A DNA stretch of 64,000 bases from positions 881,769-945,768 of the forward strand of contig NW_003314308.1 in NCBI RefSeq assembly GCF_000143415.4. Reading direction: 5' to 3'. Of this stretch, positions 33,790-47,714 are shown in pieces. A program made the position numbers and the translations under genes. Below the pieces are notes generated by a model. It was not told the DNA's origin. It ran no database searches and worked only from the letters and a program-made list of their open reading frames with translations. Origin of the DNA: Selaginella moellendorffii (taxonomy: Eukaryota; Plantae; Lycopodiophyta). Position 1 is the first letter of the stretch; every line of letters begins with the position of its first letter.

Positions 33790-36700
33790 ATTTCTTGCTT
33801 ACCGGATTCGCTTCCGAGAAACCTTTTTTTAGGTCATGAAGGTTTAGTGCATATAAATGATTCTCGTACGGACGCATTATCTGCAGCGCTTTAAAGTTAT
33901 GATGTCCAGTTTTTGCGATCATGATGGAAGAAATATCACTGTTCGGAATCTCTTTCTTTCATTAGCACATAATGCTCATTTGGTTCTTCCCCCAAAAAAC
34001 CGGAGCTCGTTGATAAACTCTCAGGCTCAATTCTAGGAGGAAGAGCAAATATGAGAATGGTCGTCCACCACGATGCAATGCTCCGTGCGTAAGAATTTGA
34101 TCAAAATCTCCACTCTGGAAGCTCATGTTCTTTGAAAATTCTTTTCATTGCGTTTTAGGCGTCAAAGATCGTGTATTGTGACCTTATCGACACACACAAA
34201 AGAGAGACAGCCCATAGCAATGGTTTTTATAGTTGAATTTGCTTTGATGGTGATTCACTCTTCAATGGGCACATGGATCAGGTATGCCTAGGGCTAAAGA
34301 AATTGATGTTTAATATTTGATCATAGTAAATAACGACTTAAATTACCACTATATTTATAGCTTCATTTTTGGACTTAGTCGTACTACATATTTTTTTGTT
34401 TATAACTATTATAATTGACTTAAAACTTAGTCACAAATAACTACTAAACATAACAACTATATTTTTTGTTTTATAACCATTATAAATGACTTAAAATTTA
34501 GTCATAAATTGCAACTTAGCTTAAGAAATTTTTTAATTCTGACTTTAAAGCTAGTCAGAAATAATGACTACTAAAAATAAGTGCATATTTTCGTGTCTTA
34601 AATTGCAGTTACAATATCAATGGAAAGCTTAATGACAGAAATTTAAGTTGTATAGCGAATTAATGCAATAACATAAAACTAAGTCAGGCTCATGTAGTAA
34701 TGGACGATCTTGTTTGTGTCGGGCACATTCTACAACAATGAGCCAACTGCCTGATCGGGGGGATGATGCTGGATTGAAAGGAGTTCCCCCAGTCAGGATC
34801 AGGATCACCGAGTAGGAGCTTGATGCTTCATACTGGATTGTTGCCAATGTCCAGTGCTGGCTGCTGAGCCCAGGTAAGCTTGATGCTATTGGAAACTCAT
34901 ACTTAATTGGGAGTGTCCAGCCCTGGCCCCCGAGCTTGTGACACATAATTGATGCTAAAATTCTTCCACACGTACATGATCCTGCCATAGACACCTTGCT
35001 TGATGGAAGATGCTGTAGACGTGGAAGAAGGCCTTGGCGAGGGACTTGGAATCCATGGCCTGCTTAACGTCTGGGGTGACATAGCACAGCCTATCATCAG
35101 CTGAGAGGAAGCTAAAGAACCATAGCCGAACACTCACCTGGAACTTGGGGACAGCCATGAATGAGGATGTGAAGCTCCTTCCTGAGCTGTAGGATGATTT
35201 TCAAAGTAAAGGAAACACTTTACTGACAAGCACAAATTCTCACATCTTGATGAAACAAGAAGAGCTCAATCAATGACCTATGATAACAAGATAGCTGGAA
35301 CAAGAAGTTAGTATGTATATTCCAAAATACCCAATCCTTGTGATGGCCAAAAGTGTCATAATAAAAATTTAGAAAACCTCGAATGAGCAGATATATGCAG
35401 CTTTTGTTGGATTTGATGGGGACACATTTAGCATGAGAAAAGTGAAGAATATTTAGACCTAAATCATCGTCAATGCTTCATATTGTGCAAAGCCCCTTCC
35501 AATGACAATACTAATGATGAAACAAAATGACAAACCCGTATAACAGTTGGCAGAAACAAGGAGCAGGGAAAGAAGTAGTCCTTCTTTTGGCACTTGCAAT
35601 GTTTTCCTAGAAAGAACAACAGAACTCCTTGCAAGGTAATCAGACTGTATTCAGAAAGTAATAAACTCCAAAACACCACAAACTTGTAAGTGAGTACTCT
35701 TTTCTTGATCAATAGTACACAAAATTCTCCTATAGCTTGTTTGTTCATACTCTAGGAAAGCTGCTTGCATTCACCAGTAGCTAAGCAGAGAAGTACCTAC
35801 TCATTGCAAGGCCCTAGTCATTGTACACTTTCTTCACCTCCTTGACACACCATAATTGCTCTTTAGTCTTGCTTTCTGGCTAGCATCTGCTAATTCAATA
35901 GCTCAAAGAATGAGCTAAGAACACTTTGTGTTCTGGATATCTGTTCCAACCGGGACTATTCAATGAGCTTGACATGAAAGACAAAACAGCAAGGAACCAA
36001 CCTTGCCAATAATGTCAGGATGTTTATAACAATCTAAGAAATCATCCTGTAGGGGCCAATTCCATCAACAACCAAGGTAATGAACCACAAGGACCTGAAT
36101 TTAGAAATAGATTCCCATTTGTACTAGTATTTGTTTCATAGATTCAAACTTGGAGTTGTCACTCTTGTCTGATATATACAAAGCACAAGCAACATGTATT
36201 CTCATATGACTTCAATGAATTGGTTTATAATGTCACTCTTGCTTGCCAGAAGATAGAAAGAATAAAACACTGTCTTGAACTTCACAATCCTGAGATAGCT
36301 GCATTGACAAACATTATGGATATTTATGGAATTGAATAAATCTTACATTTCCATGATGTATTTGGACAAATCAACCTTTCTGGCTGGTTGGCAATGTAAT
36401 CAGACCAACACACCTCATCAAAAAGTTCACGGAGATCAAAGTAGTACCACTGACCATGGAAATACTTCCTCAAAATCCTAGGTACATGGTTTGTAAGCAA
36501 TAATGCATTATTCACAGCAATGATACCCACCTAATCACAAAGGAAGACTGTATCATAGCTCATCAATAAAATTCACGTTTTGTTGTGTGAATCATCCATT
36601 ATTAAGAAGTAAGTTTGCAACTATACATGGAAAAGCAAAAGGCAAAAACCAAAACTATTTAGAAATTCTTTACTAATTGATGCAAGAATTTACCCATTCA

Positions 36701-38620
36701 ATACACCATCCAAGAGCAAACACTTGTTTGATTTCATCTTGGGAGAACTCATCTTTGGGCTTGAGTAACACCAAATTGTCAATCATTGAGAGACCTTGAT
36801 TTAATTTTCTAAACATTTCTATAATTTTGTCCACTTCTAATAGAAAAACACACTTCTAAGAGCTTTAAAAACTACATTTTGTACACCCTATTTGTAAAAT
36901 AAGATTGGCATTATTAATTTATATATATCAAACTATTTATCGTTTCATACTTTATTTCCTCATAATTATTATCATTTTTTAGAATAGTAAGGTAGTTTCT
37001 CCTTCCTTAGATTCTAGAAAGGATATTGAAAATATAGTAAACATGAATTGCCATGTGATTCACTCCAAGCCTACATAAAGAACAATTAAATGGTTATAAA
37101 TACTATGAAAAGAATACCATTTCATTAGTTTCCTCTGTGTTCATCTAGCAAAAGATGTTGAGAGTTAATAAGTGAAAAATATTATGAAAAATAAATCACT
37201 TACACTAGGGAGTGGGTTATCCATTTGCTCATCTTTGTCTTGAATAGCCCTTGTGCAACACTTATGCCAATACATCTCCTAAAATATCTAGTTTTTGAGA
37301 AATAAAATAAAATTTAGATACCTTTTTTTAGTGCCGAGGACATGAAATGCCATCCTAAAAAGAATCAACATTGTAAATAAATAGAACAAATTTAGGGTTG
37401 CTTAATCAGCTTGGTAAGACTTCCAATTGTTCCTAATGCATAGGTAGAGTTGGTAGGAAATCCTGAAAATGTTTTGAGTACTTTTTGCCCCTCAAAGTTT
37501 GTGTTGCATTTCTTGGTTATCACTCAACTTAGTGTGCTTTATTGGCAAGCGGATTTTACAACTATGAGCAACAAATGTTATTGTCTTTGTAGAGTACTTT
37601 TATTGCCTACAAGCCCCCTTTTTGCCACATATTTGCTCCTCCTTTGGCTTTTCCACTTCTTTGAAATTTTTTAATGTTTGGATTGCATCCTCTATTCTTG
37701 TTTTGAAGCTCTAAAACGTCCCACTCTCAATCTTCTTGAGGAAGTCTAATGACACTCTAACCACACAAACACTTGTAATGTAATTGTGCAATCCCCCAAC
37801 ATAGCCCTTTCAATCTCATTAGGGCACTATCATTTGTGGAGAAAACATTTATAGCCATCCTTATACAGTTATTTAGTTTACAACATGTTAAAATTGTGTG
37901 GATATTATAGTGGATGCAATGGTAAATTTTAGCAATATATAAAAATATTTCATACGAGAATTCTAAATAAGAAAATACTAAAATCAGACAAAAAAACACC
38001 TGTAAACACAACTAATATGTTAGATATGTAAGGCCATAAGTTGGATTTTCTCCATAAACTTTATAGCCTTAGAGAAGAGTAAATGATTCTTACCTAGCTT
38101 AAACAACCAAATATTTTTGGTGGAGGAAACATAATAATAAATGAAAGAAAGGAAAGAAAGTAAAGTGCCTATAACATTTTATATTCTATACTTTTCTGAC
38201 GTTGCTTATAAACCCAACACCAAAAAATATTGCAAATTGAACTATTTATCTCCTCTACCTCTACTATGAACTCATGAAGTGAGGACTTAAAAACTACATG
38301 GAAAACTAATTTTATAACTATATCATAGTAGCACTAAAAAAGTCTATTTCACTTCCAATTTTATAAGTATGCTTTGAAAGAATCAATGTTATACATGGCT
38401 GAAAAACCATATGCATGGGAGATTGCTACAAAAAAGTGGTAAAAAGTAAATAATTTTTTAAAATTTTTCATTTATAAAAATCAACTATATTTTGCCAAAA
38501 ATTATTCTGAGAATAAATGTGAAAATTAGAAAATAATCAAATCTTTCTGTATAATCAATTTAATCTCAGTTACTTTTCTTTTTAACTTTTATATACCACT
38601 ATTGGAACCATACCATCTTG

Positions 38621-38948
38621 GGTTTGCTTAAGCAAGTAGGGGGACTGAAATGGTAGTGAATAAACCTAAAATATGCTTAAATATTCTACAATATTCTACC
38701 ATCTAACAGTTGTTATTTATTTAGATTAATCTTATAATTTATAAACATGTTTATAATTTATAAACTTTCTTAAACACTTTTTAGTATATTATTTTTTATT
38801 CAACCATCTTATGCAATAAGATTAATATTGTGTTTTATAAATATGTCTATAATTTTAAATTTTTATTTAATCAATTGGATTAATAAGTAAGAATAATATT
38901 ACTATTAAGCAAAGTAAATGTTGCTACATGCAACGCATAGCAAATTTT
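38621..38948 (+). mobile_element. HINE-like element, copy 2
   Basis: ggtttgcttaagcaag ... ttaagcaaag-taaatg-ttgctacatgcaacgcatagcaa-atttt. Confidence 0.65.
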
Positions 38949-39764
38949 TGTGACAGCTACCTGAAACTGATATAAAAACAAAAAAAAACAATGTATGGAA
39001 AGAAAATTAGTGTTGTGGTTAAGCTTGAGCATCTTTAGTAAGGAGATATAGTACTCACTTCCATGAAAAAGATAGCCTCTTTGACAGCCTCAAGGGAGAT
39101 GGCACAGGCTCCTCTGGAGGCAGCAGCCATTGCCAAAGGGTACTACTGTTGACTTCCCAGCCAAGATGAGAGCCAACTGCAAAGATTTCCTGCTCGAGAG
39201 CATCCTGAGATGCAAATCTGACTATCCTCTGGTGAGGCTCAAGGGGGACTTCCAGCAGCACTACACTGGATCACGTGTGGTATGGCTTCAAGAAGCTGGA
39301 AACTTTCCTGGACTTTGCTGGAGCTGCTCATAGGCATCTGGACGGGGTCGGGTGGCCAGAAGCTTCTCCACTTGAAGGAGTTGGAAGATAACAAGATCAA
39401 GGGCAAGGACAACATCAAGAACATGTGCTTCTGTTCTTGACGAGGAGGAGGAGAACCAGAGGAAGAAAAGAAGAAGAAAGAAAAGTGTGAAGAAGTGGAA
39501 GAAAGCTACCACGGCTAGTGTCCAGGAAACATGGAAAGCCCAGCCTCCCACAAGCAATGCCAAGGAGCAAGGAGTGAACAAGAGTAGCAGCAGTGGCAAG
39601 CTCAAGATGGGGCGTGGAAAGCTAAGCGTGCAGCTCCCGCCTTGTTTGAGGCTCTGTTTCACGAAGAATGTGGCTGAGAGTAGCCTCGCTTTCAAGACCT
39701 CCAATCCATTATCCATGATGGATTGATTGATTATCATGGTGTGACTTGAGCTGCGAATGTTCAG

Positions 39765-40141
39765 CTAAAATGTTCTTGGTAGTTTATTAATTATTGGTTT
39801 AATATTCGTTGGGACATTTATTATTCCTCCTTTTATGCATTGTTGATATTGAGGTTGATTTGGTATTGTTATATTTGCAAATAAAATACGTAGAGCTGGC
39901 ATTTTCTCTTCAATATCATTTAGTTGTTCTGTATATCGATCAATTAGATTCATTCTAATTTTTCTGGACTTTTATATTTTTCTTTATTTGTCATGCATTG
40001 ATTGCATGCATATTCTTGTTTTTTATTATATTTAAACAAAAATATATTACATATTTTATGTGGATGTATTGGTATATCCTGTATAGCTTCATTATACATT
40101 TGTAGTGCTTTCATACTTTTTGTATTGTTCATGTTATTCAT
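39765..40141 (-). pseudogene. Relic of the N-terminal region of a Helentron/Helitron2-type RepHel protein (DUF6570-like)
   Basis: YACNQC...QLNDIEEKMPALRILFANI...QQCIKGGIINVPTNIKPIINKLPR resembles the L..lEE.lia.r.pF..I...Q..lkG.vvNVP.d......LPR signature. Frameshifted and AT-rich. Confidence 0.6.
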
Positions 40142-41179
40142 TTTCTTGTTGTTCTTTCTCTTTTATTGTTTTTTTTCTTTGCTTCTAATATAATATACTC
40201 TTCTTTTAAGTTTTCATCTGATATAGTACTATCTGTTCTTTGTCAAAAAATATTTATTTTTTCATTTGCTTGTTTTTGTGAGTTCCAAGTTTCCATAAGT
40301 ATTTTGTAAAATATTTTGTAAAGTATGTTCTTCATATTTTTCTTTGGATATATTAATAGTTTTTATTTGCTTATTTTTATTCTTTCTTGATAAATAATAG
40401 TATCTAGAAACAATTTTTTGGTGAGTTAAATCAATATTATGGTTGAATTTTAGTTCTTTTGATTTTTTATTTGTAGATCCTTGAATTGATAACAATTTTG
40501 CATCTAGAAATTTTGTCTATTCAAATTTTCTCTTTGTCATAATTTTGCCCTTTATACTTAAATGCCTTTATTGCCCTTGATGTGCCTACACCCATAGGAT
40601 AGCTAGGTGCATAGTTTTTTTTATGATTGTTTAGCTGATCAAGATTGTTTAAAGAGATTCAACAATCGAACCAAATGGACTATTTTTAGCCTACTTTCAG
40701 CAAGTATTAATTCTCTATCTTTCAATCAACAGCTTTGTGAAGGCTGATAATTGATAATCTAGACCAATAGAAACAATCAAAGACCTTTTACTTACTTCTC
40801 AATGTTATTCCATTGAAAGCCATTTATGCCCTAAAGCTATATTAAGTCTTTATTTAAATAGTCTCATTTCCAGTTTCTTGAAGCCATACCACGTGTGATC
40901 CAGTGTAGCGCCCCTGGACGTCCCCCTTGAGCCTCACCAGAGGATAGTCAGATTTGCATCTCGGGATGCTCTCGAGCAGAAAAGCTTTGCAGTTGGCTTT
41001 CATCTTGGCTGGGAAGTCGACAGTAGTACCCTTTGGCAATGGCTGCTGCCTCAAGAGGAGCCTGTGCCATCTCCCTCGAGGCTGTCAAGGAGGCTAACTT
41101 TGTCGTAAGTGAGTACTATATCTCCTTAGTAAAGATGCTCAAGTGTAATTGGTTTCTTTTTCCATATATGGTTTTTTTT

Positions 41180-41340
41180 GGTTTGCTTAAGCAAACCTAT
41201 AGGGACTAGGATGAATATACTTAAAATATACTTGGATATTTTAGGATATTCTATCATCCAATGGTGGTTATTCATTTAGATTAATTTCGTATTTATAATT
41301 TATAAACATGTTTATAATTTATAAACTTTTCTAACCACTT
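41180..41340 (+). mobile_element. HINE-like element, truncated copy 3
   Basis: A T-run, then the perfect palindrome ggtttgcttaagcaaacc and the first half of the body. Confidence 0.6.
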
Positions 41341-44300
41341 TGTATCATCATGAGCATATGTGGTTTTTGGAGCATGAGCCAAAGAAACTATGCAAAGTAC
41401 AGTGTATTGGTTGGGCTCTATGTCCAGAATGGCAATTGCAAGGGAGCTCTCAAAGTTCCACTGCCAAGGCCCTCAATCAAGGCTCCGCCATGAAGCAAAG
41501 AATCTGGAGGCAAGACTGGATGGACGAAGCGGCCAATGATCCACATGAAGGGAAGAATGAAAAAGAGGAGTGCTCATAGAGGCCTCCCAGCCTCAATTGT
41601 GACAAGCATGAAGTATTGAAACCAGCTCAGGAATTTGAGTAGTGCCCCCTCGAGATCATTCATGATGCTATTGTCGTTCCCGGCCACTGCATTGTCCACT
41701 GGCTCCAATGGATTGCTCTTGTCTCTGGGAAGCATCAAGAAAAATCATATTTGGACTAGTGAATTGATTGAAAATTGGCTCTCCCTGGAGGTTTGAGCTG
41801 AGAGCCACAATCCAGGATCAGAAACCCACTATGGCAGTACTGATTGATTGCCCAGAATCAATCAATCAACCTGGAATGCATATATGGATGGAGCTTAGAT
41901 CTTCCTCTGTATGGCTCCCTATTATGTGAGTGGGCAGTGGGTAGAAAACAAAGATCAGTGGAGGACAATCTTTCTATTCCTATTCATTCCTCTTTTCTAA
42001 AGCGACGGATGGAGGGAGATTGTAGCAGCTGAGGAGTAGAGTCAGGCTGCTTCTAGCTTCAGCTTGGACGATGATGAGAAGTATCTGGCAAGGATGTTTA
42101 TAAATGAGGAGAGTCAATGCACGAAAAGGTTGAAAAGGTTCAGAAGGTTTGTCACCTATGGAATTGGTTTATTGTCTACCGTAACCCTAAGTTTGGCAAG
42201 TTGACAGATTTTAATTTTTAGCTCAAATTTTTATTCTTTTTTGTTTTCGATTCTTCAAAGTGAAGTTTAGTTTATTTTTGGATCTTTTTACTAGTATAAA
42301 TTAACTAGAGGTAATTCTGTTTAATCAATGACATAGATATGTCAGATTTGGATTGTGCTATGGATATTGTTCAGTCGTCACCCGCTGAGGATTTGTCTAC
42401 AGAAACAAATTCTTATGAAGGTTTGGTTTTTCTCTTTATTCCTTAGTATTTCTTGATTTATTTCTTTTTGGTTTTGTAGTTTCACAAGCAAAGAGGACAA
42501 AGTTGACCATCCTAAAAGCCACTATTGCATCACTTGTCTTTGAAAAAGCAAATTCAACCAAAATTCTTGAGCTGAAGATTTTATCTACGTATGGTTTTGA
42601 AATCGTTTTTTTTTCTGTAGTTTTGATTTGCTTTTTGCCTGCAAAGAACACTCTGCAAAGTGCAAATTACTTAACTTATATAATGGATTGTACAGATATG
42701 CATGGCTTGCAAACTTTAACTATATATGGCAATTCATCCATGTGTGCATGATTATAAAATAAATTTATGGCTGGTAAATGTTTCTCACTTACAAGGTTTA
42801 TAATTTATTTTTTAAAAAAATTAACAAGATTATAATTCTCTCACTTTAGATGGGTTGAACTACAGAAAAACCCAGTTTACCACCATGGAACTTTAGAAAA
42901 AGTTCTTTATATTACAGATTCTTCTATGATTCAAATTAAAGATGATTTTGATGTTAAATTAAGATTACAACCAACTAGAGGAGCTTCTATATCATCTTTA
43001 ATGGCTACTAGAGTTTATCCACAAGCTATACATGCTGTTGTAATCAACATTGGTGTTTTTCCTAAAATAAAGATTGCTTCTTCTAATAATCCTTTGGATG
43101 TAACTATGGTAATGTTTTTTTCTATTTAATTTTCTATTTCTAAGATATTTTCACAACTCTACATGCATCTGGAGCATGAAGAGCAATATCATCATATTGT
43201 AACAGATTTATATGCTGGATATATGCCAAAGTTTTTATTTTTTAATATTATGAAAAGCATGAGTGTATCAGGTGATTTAGCAACACTTGGAAGTACTTTA
43301 TTTTTGCCACTAGTTGATTCAAATGAAATTCAGAAGCTCAATGGTTCATTACCTTTAGTTGTTGATGGAATTGGCCCCCACAAGATGATTTCTTAGATTG
43401 TTATAAACATCCTAGCGTTATTAGCAAAGTTGGTTCCTTGCTGTTTTGTCTTTCATGTCAAGCTCATTGAATAGTCCAGGTTGGAACAAATATCCAAGAG
43501 CTATGGAACTAGCAGATGCTAGCCAGAAAGCAAGACTAAAGAGCAATTATGGCAAAAAAGACAATGCCTGTGTCAAGGAGGTGAAGAAAGTGTACAATGA
43601 CTAAGGCCTTGCAATGAGTATTTTTCTTAGGTACTTCTCTCTTTAGCTACTGGTTAATGTAGGTAACTTTCCTAGAGTATGAACAAACAAGCTATAGGAG
43701 AATTTTGTGTACTATTGATCAAGAAAAGAGTACTCACTTACAAGTTTGTGGTGTTTTGGAGTTTATTACTTTCTGAATATAGTTTGATTACCTTGCAAGG
43801 AGTTCTATTGTTCTTTCTAGAAAAACATTGCAAGTGCCAAAAGAAGGAGTGTTTCTTTCGCTGCTCCTTGTTTTTGCCAACTATATGAGTTTGTCATTTT
43901 GTTTCATCATTAGTATTGTTATATGTGGAGCATTGACGATGATTTAGCTCTAAATATTCTTCACTTTTCTCGTGCTAAATGTGTCCCCATCAAATCCAAC
44001 AAAAGCTGCATATATTTGCTCATTTGAGGTCTTCTAAATTTTTATTATGACACTTTTGGCCATCACAGGGATCAGGTATTTTGGAATATACATACTAACT
44101 TCTTGTTCCAGCTATCTTGTTATCATAGGTCATTGATTGAGATCTTCTTGTTTCATCATGATGTGAGAATTTGTGCTTGTCAGTAAAGTGTTTCCTTTAC
44201 TTTGAAAATAATCCTACAGCTCAGGAAGGAGCTTCACATCCTCATTCATGGCTGTCCACAAGTTCCAGGTGAGTGTTCAGCTATGAATCTTTAGCTTCCT

Positions 44301-45485
44301 CTCAGCCGATGATGGGCTGTGCTATATCACCCCAGATGTTAAGTAGGCCATGGATTCCAAGTCCCTCGCCAAGGATTTCAAGTCCCTGGGCTCAACAGCC
44401 AGCGCTGGACATTGGCAACAATCCAGTATGAAGCATCAAGCTCTTACTCGGTGATCTTGATCCTGACTGGGGGAACTTTTTTTGATCCAGCATCATCCTC
44501 CCCTGATTAGGCAGTTGGCTCATTGTTGTAGAATGTGCCCGACACAAACAAGATCATCCATTACTAAATGAGCTCGACTTAGTTTTAAGTTATTGCATTA
44601 ATTTGCTATACAACTTAAATTTTTGTCATTAAGCTTTCCATTGATATTGTAACAACAATTTAAGACATAATAGTTTTATAAATTTAAGTTAAAATATGCA
44701 GTTATTTTTAGTAGTCATTATTTCTGACTAGCTTTAAAGTCAGAATTAAAAAATTTCTTAAGCTGACATTTGCAGTTGCAATTTATGACTAAATTTTAAG
44801 TCATTTATAATGGTTATAAAACAAAAAATATAGTCGTTATGTTTAGTAGTTAATTGTGACTAAATTTTAAGTCAATTATAATAGTTATAAACCAAAAAAT
44901 ATGTAGTACGACTAAATTTTAAGTCCAAAAATGAAGCTATAAATATAGTGGTAATTTAAGTCTATGATCAAATATTAAACATCAATTTCTTTAGCCCCAG
45001 GCATACCTGATCCATGTGCCCATTAAAGAGTGATTCCGAGAATCACCATCAAAGCAAAACTATAAAAACCATTGCTATGGGCTGTCTCTCTTTTGTGTGT
45101 GTCGATAAGGTCACAATACACGATCTTTGACGCCTAAAACGCAATGAAAAGAATTTTCAAAGAACATAAGCTTCCAGAGTGGACGCACGGAGCATTGCAT
45201 CGTGGTGAACGACCATTCTCATCTTTGCTCTTCCTCCTAGAATTGAGCCTGAGAGTTTCTCAACGAGCTCCGGTTTTTTTGGGGGAAGAACCAAATGAGC
45301 ACTATGTGCTAATGAAAGAAAGAGATTCCGAACAGTGATATTGCTTCCATCATGATCGCAAAAACTGGACATCATAACTTTAAAGCGCTGCAGATAATGC
45401 GTCCGTACGAGAATCATTTATATGCACTAAACCTTCATGACCTAAAAAAAAGGTTTCTCGGAAGCGAATCCGGTAAGCAAGAAAT

Positions 45486-47118
45486 ATGGCTAGCATCATC
45501 CGTCGGAGTGTGCCGCCGTCGTCTCCACCTCGTCGGGCGGCGCACAGGAGCGTGCATCCGCCTCGTCCAGGGCACAGGAGCACGACACCGCCCAAAACGA
45601 GAGTGCCACCTCCAGGTAGCATGCCGCCCCCCAAACCATCGCCAAGGAGGGCGAGAGGAGCTCCGCCACCTCACAGCAGCGCCCACAGTCAGGCACCTCC
45701 ACCAGCACCAGCAGAGCAACACCATGGAGCAGCAAAGCAGCACAGCCATGGAAGAGCACCACCTCCAAAGCAGGACAGCCATGGAGCACCACCACCTCCA
45801 CCAACAAGCCATGGAGCAGCAAAGAAGCACCAGCACAGTCCGCCACCAACAAGCCACGGAGCAGCAAAGCAGCACCAGCACAGTCCGCCACCGCCACCAG
45901 CAAGCCACGGAGCAGCAAAGCAGCACAGCCACGGAGGAGGAGCAAAGCAGCACCCACCTCCACCAGCAAAGCAGCATACAGGGCCGCCACCTTCTTCCGG
46001 GACAACCACTTGGCGACCAAGGAGGTTTGGGCCGCCGCCACCTCCACCAGCAAAGGAGCATACAGGGCCGCCACCTTCTTCTGGGACAACCACTTGGTGG
46101 CCAAGGCCCGCTCATGACACGATAACATGGCAACCAGGGTCGCCTGTCTTTCACACGTTTTCATCGCCGCCTCCGCCTGGCCCCTTGTCTATTGCTCCGC
46201 CTCTGGGGTCGTCATCATCAACAGCAGCAGCAGCAGCGGCAGCGTTTGCAACACCGGGGCTGCTTGTGGCAGGCATCGTCCTTTTCCTGCTTGCTATGGT
46301 GGCCATCATCACCGGCATCTGGATACTCGTGAAGGGAAGAAGAAAGAAGGCGAACGACATCCTGGTGCGCTACGTCGGGAGCAGCCATCTTCCTGGCGGT
46401 GGCAGCAGCAGCAGCGGCAGTCAGCGAGAGTATCTCGTTCCCTTGAGCAAGATTGAGGACGCAGAGCTCCGGGACAAGCTCAATTCCTTCGTTCAAGAGA
46501 GGAGCAAGCAGCACCTTCGACCGTCGCAGCTAAATCCCAGCACAAAGGTGGCCAGTCCTCCACTCGCGAGGCCTCCAAGGCGGCTGCCACCTTCGGCTTT
46601 TCTCAAGATGAATCCAATCTATGGTGCTGCTACCGATTCGGTTGACGACCGCCTGACGCCGCCATTGGGACGAGATCCACCAGCAGCGATCCACGGAGTC
46701 GACGAGCACAAGAAGGTGCCAAGAGCTTCTCTCCCGGAGGATCCATTCTTGTCGAGTGCTGCTCGTCGGAGCGGCAATGATCGAAGAGCCCAGGAACAGG
46801 CTTTGGATCCAGTGTCTCATCGTGGCACTGTGTTCGATCCTGGAGATGCTTTCGTTGTTCGGCTTGCGGCAGCAGCGGAGAAGCGAGCTGAGATGGAGAA
46901 GCACATGCAAAGGATCACCGGGTTTGGGATGAGGAGGCCCGGCAACAAGCACTCCCACAGGTAAGTCTTCATGCTTGAGAGATAGAACAAGTGACCAATG
47001 GAGCACTTTTAGGATCCGTGAGGTGGAGAATCTGGAGAAGCCCGTGGTTGAGGCAAATCACTCGGCCAATTCTGGAGGTTCGCATTTGGCTGCTTGTGTA
47101 CACGACTCAGATGCCAAG
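45486..47118 (+). CDS. Proline/histidine-rich single-pass membrane protein, copy 2, apparently intact (extensin/PERK-ectodomain-like topology, no kinase seen)
   Basis: 492-aa ORF with SPPP/HGAAKQH repeats and TM GLLVAGIVLFLLAMVAIITGIWILV followed by KGRRKK. Intron 46961-47012 leads in frame to exon 47013-47118 (IREVENLEKP...DAK|gt). The 3' end is unresolved. Confidence 0.8.
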
Positions 47119-47714
47119 GTAAACAGTCTCCATGCCTCGAGTTAAAGTATAACTTCTGCTTGAACTAGCCTTCCACCTTGGAGGTTAAGCTTGAGCTTGA
47201 CGGAGCTTAGAGCGAAAGGAGGTACGCTTTTCGGTCGTTTTGGACTGATGATACGCTTGAGGTTGCAGGCACAGAATGAAGATTCATGAAACAAATCACT
47301 TCGGTTTTTTTAAACCGCAACAGGCAAAGGCAGGTCCGTGGTATTGAATCAAAATTATAACAGATGGAGAAGTGTGGAGGCATTTGAATTAGGAGATTAT
47401 GATTTGCAAGTCTCAAACAAGGCAACAAGACAACAACTTTTCATTAAGACAACAGAGAGATATTGAATTGGGAGATTATATTGCAAGTCTCAAAAAAACA
47501 CTTTGGACATTTAATTTCCTGTTTTTAAAAATATAAACTTTCAATAACATTTCTTATCGTAAGTAGTAGTCATAGCAGTCAACGTTAGTCACTATTTCTT
47601 TACCAGCTTTATAAGCACATCAATGAATTCATTAGAATGAGCTCATTAGAACAGTAATGAGACAGCGTTGACTGATAGTAGTCAGCGTTAGTCCACTGTA
47701 CTAACGAAAATTCG

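Noticed and set aside
45352-46514. Overlapping alternative-frame and antisense ORFs over the proline-rich gene (all copies), including the 361- and 371-aa ORFs at 53.8-55 kb
   Set aside because: Shadows of GC-rich repetitive coding sequence. The long ones in copy 3 are created by the inversion.
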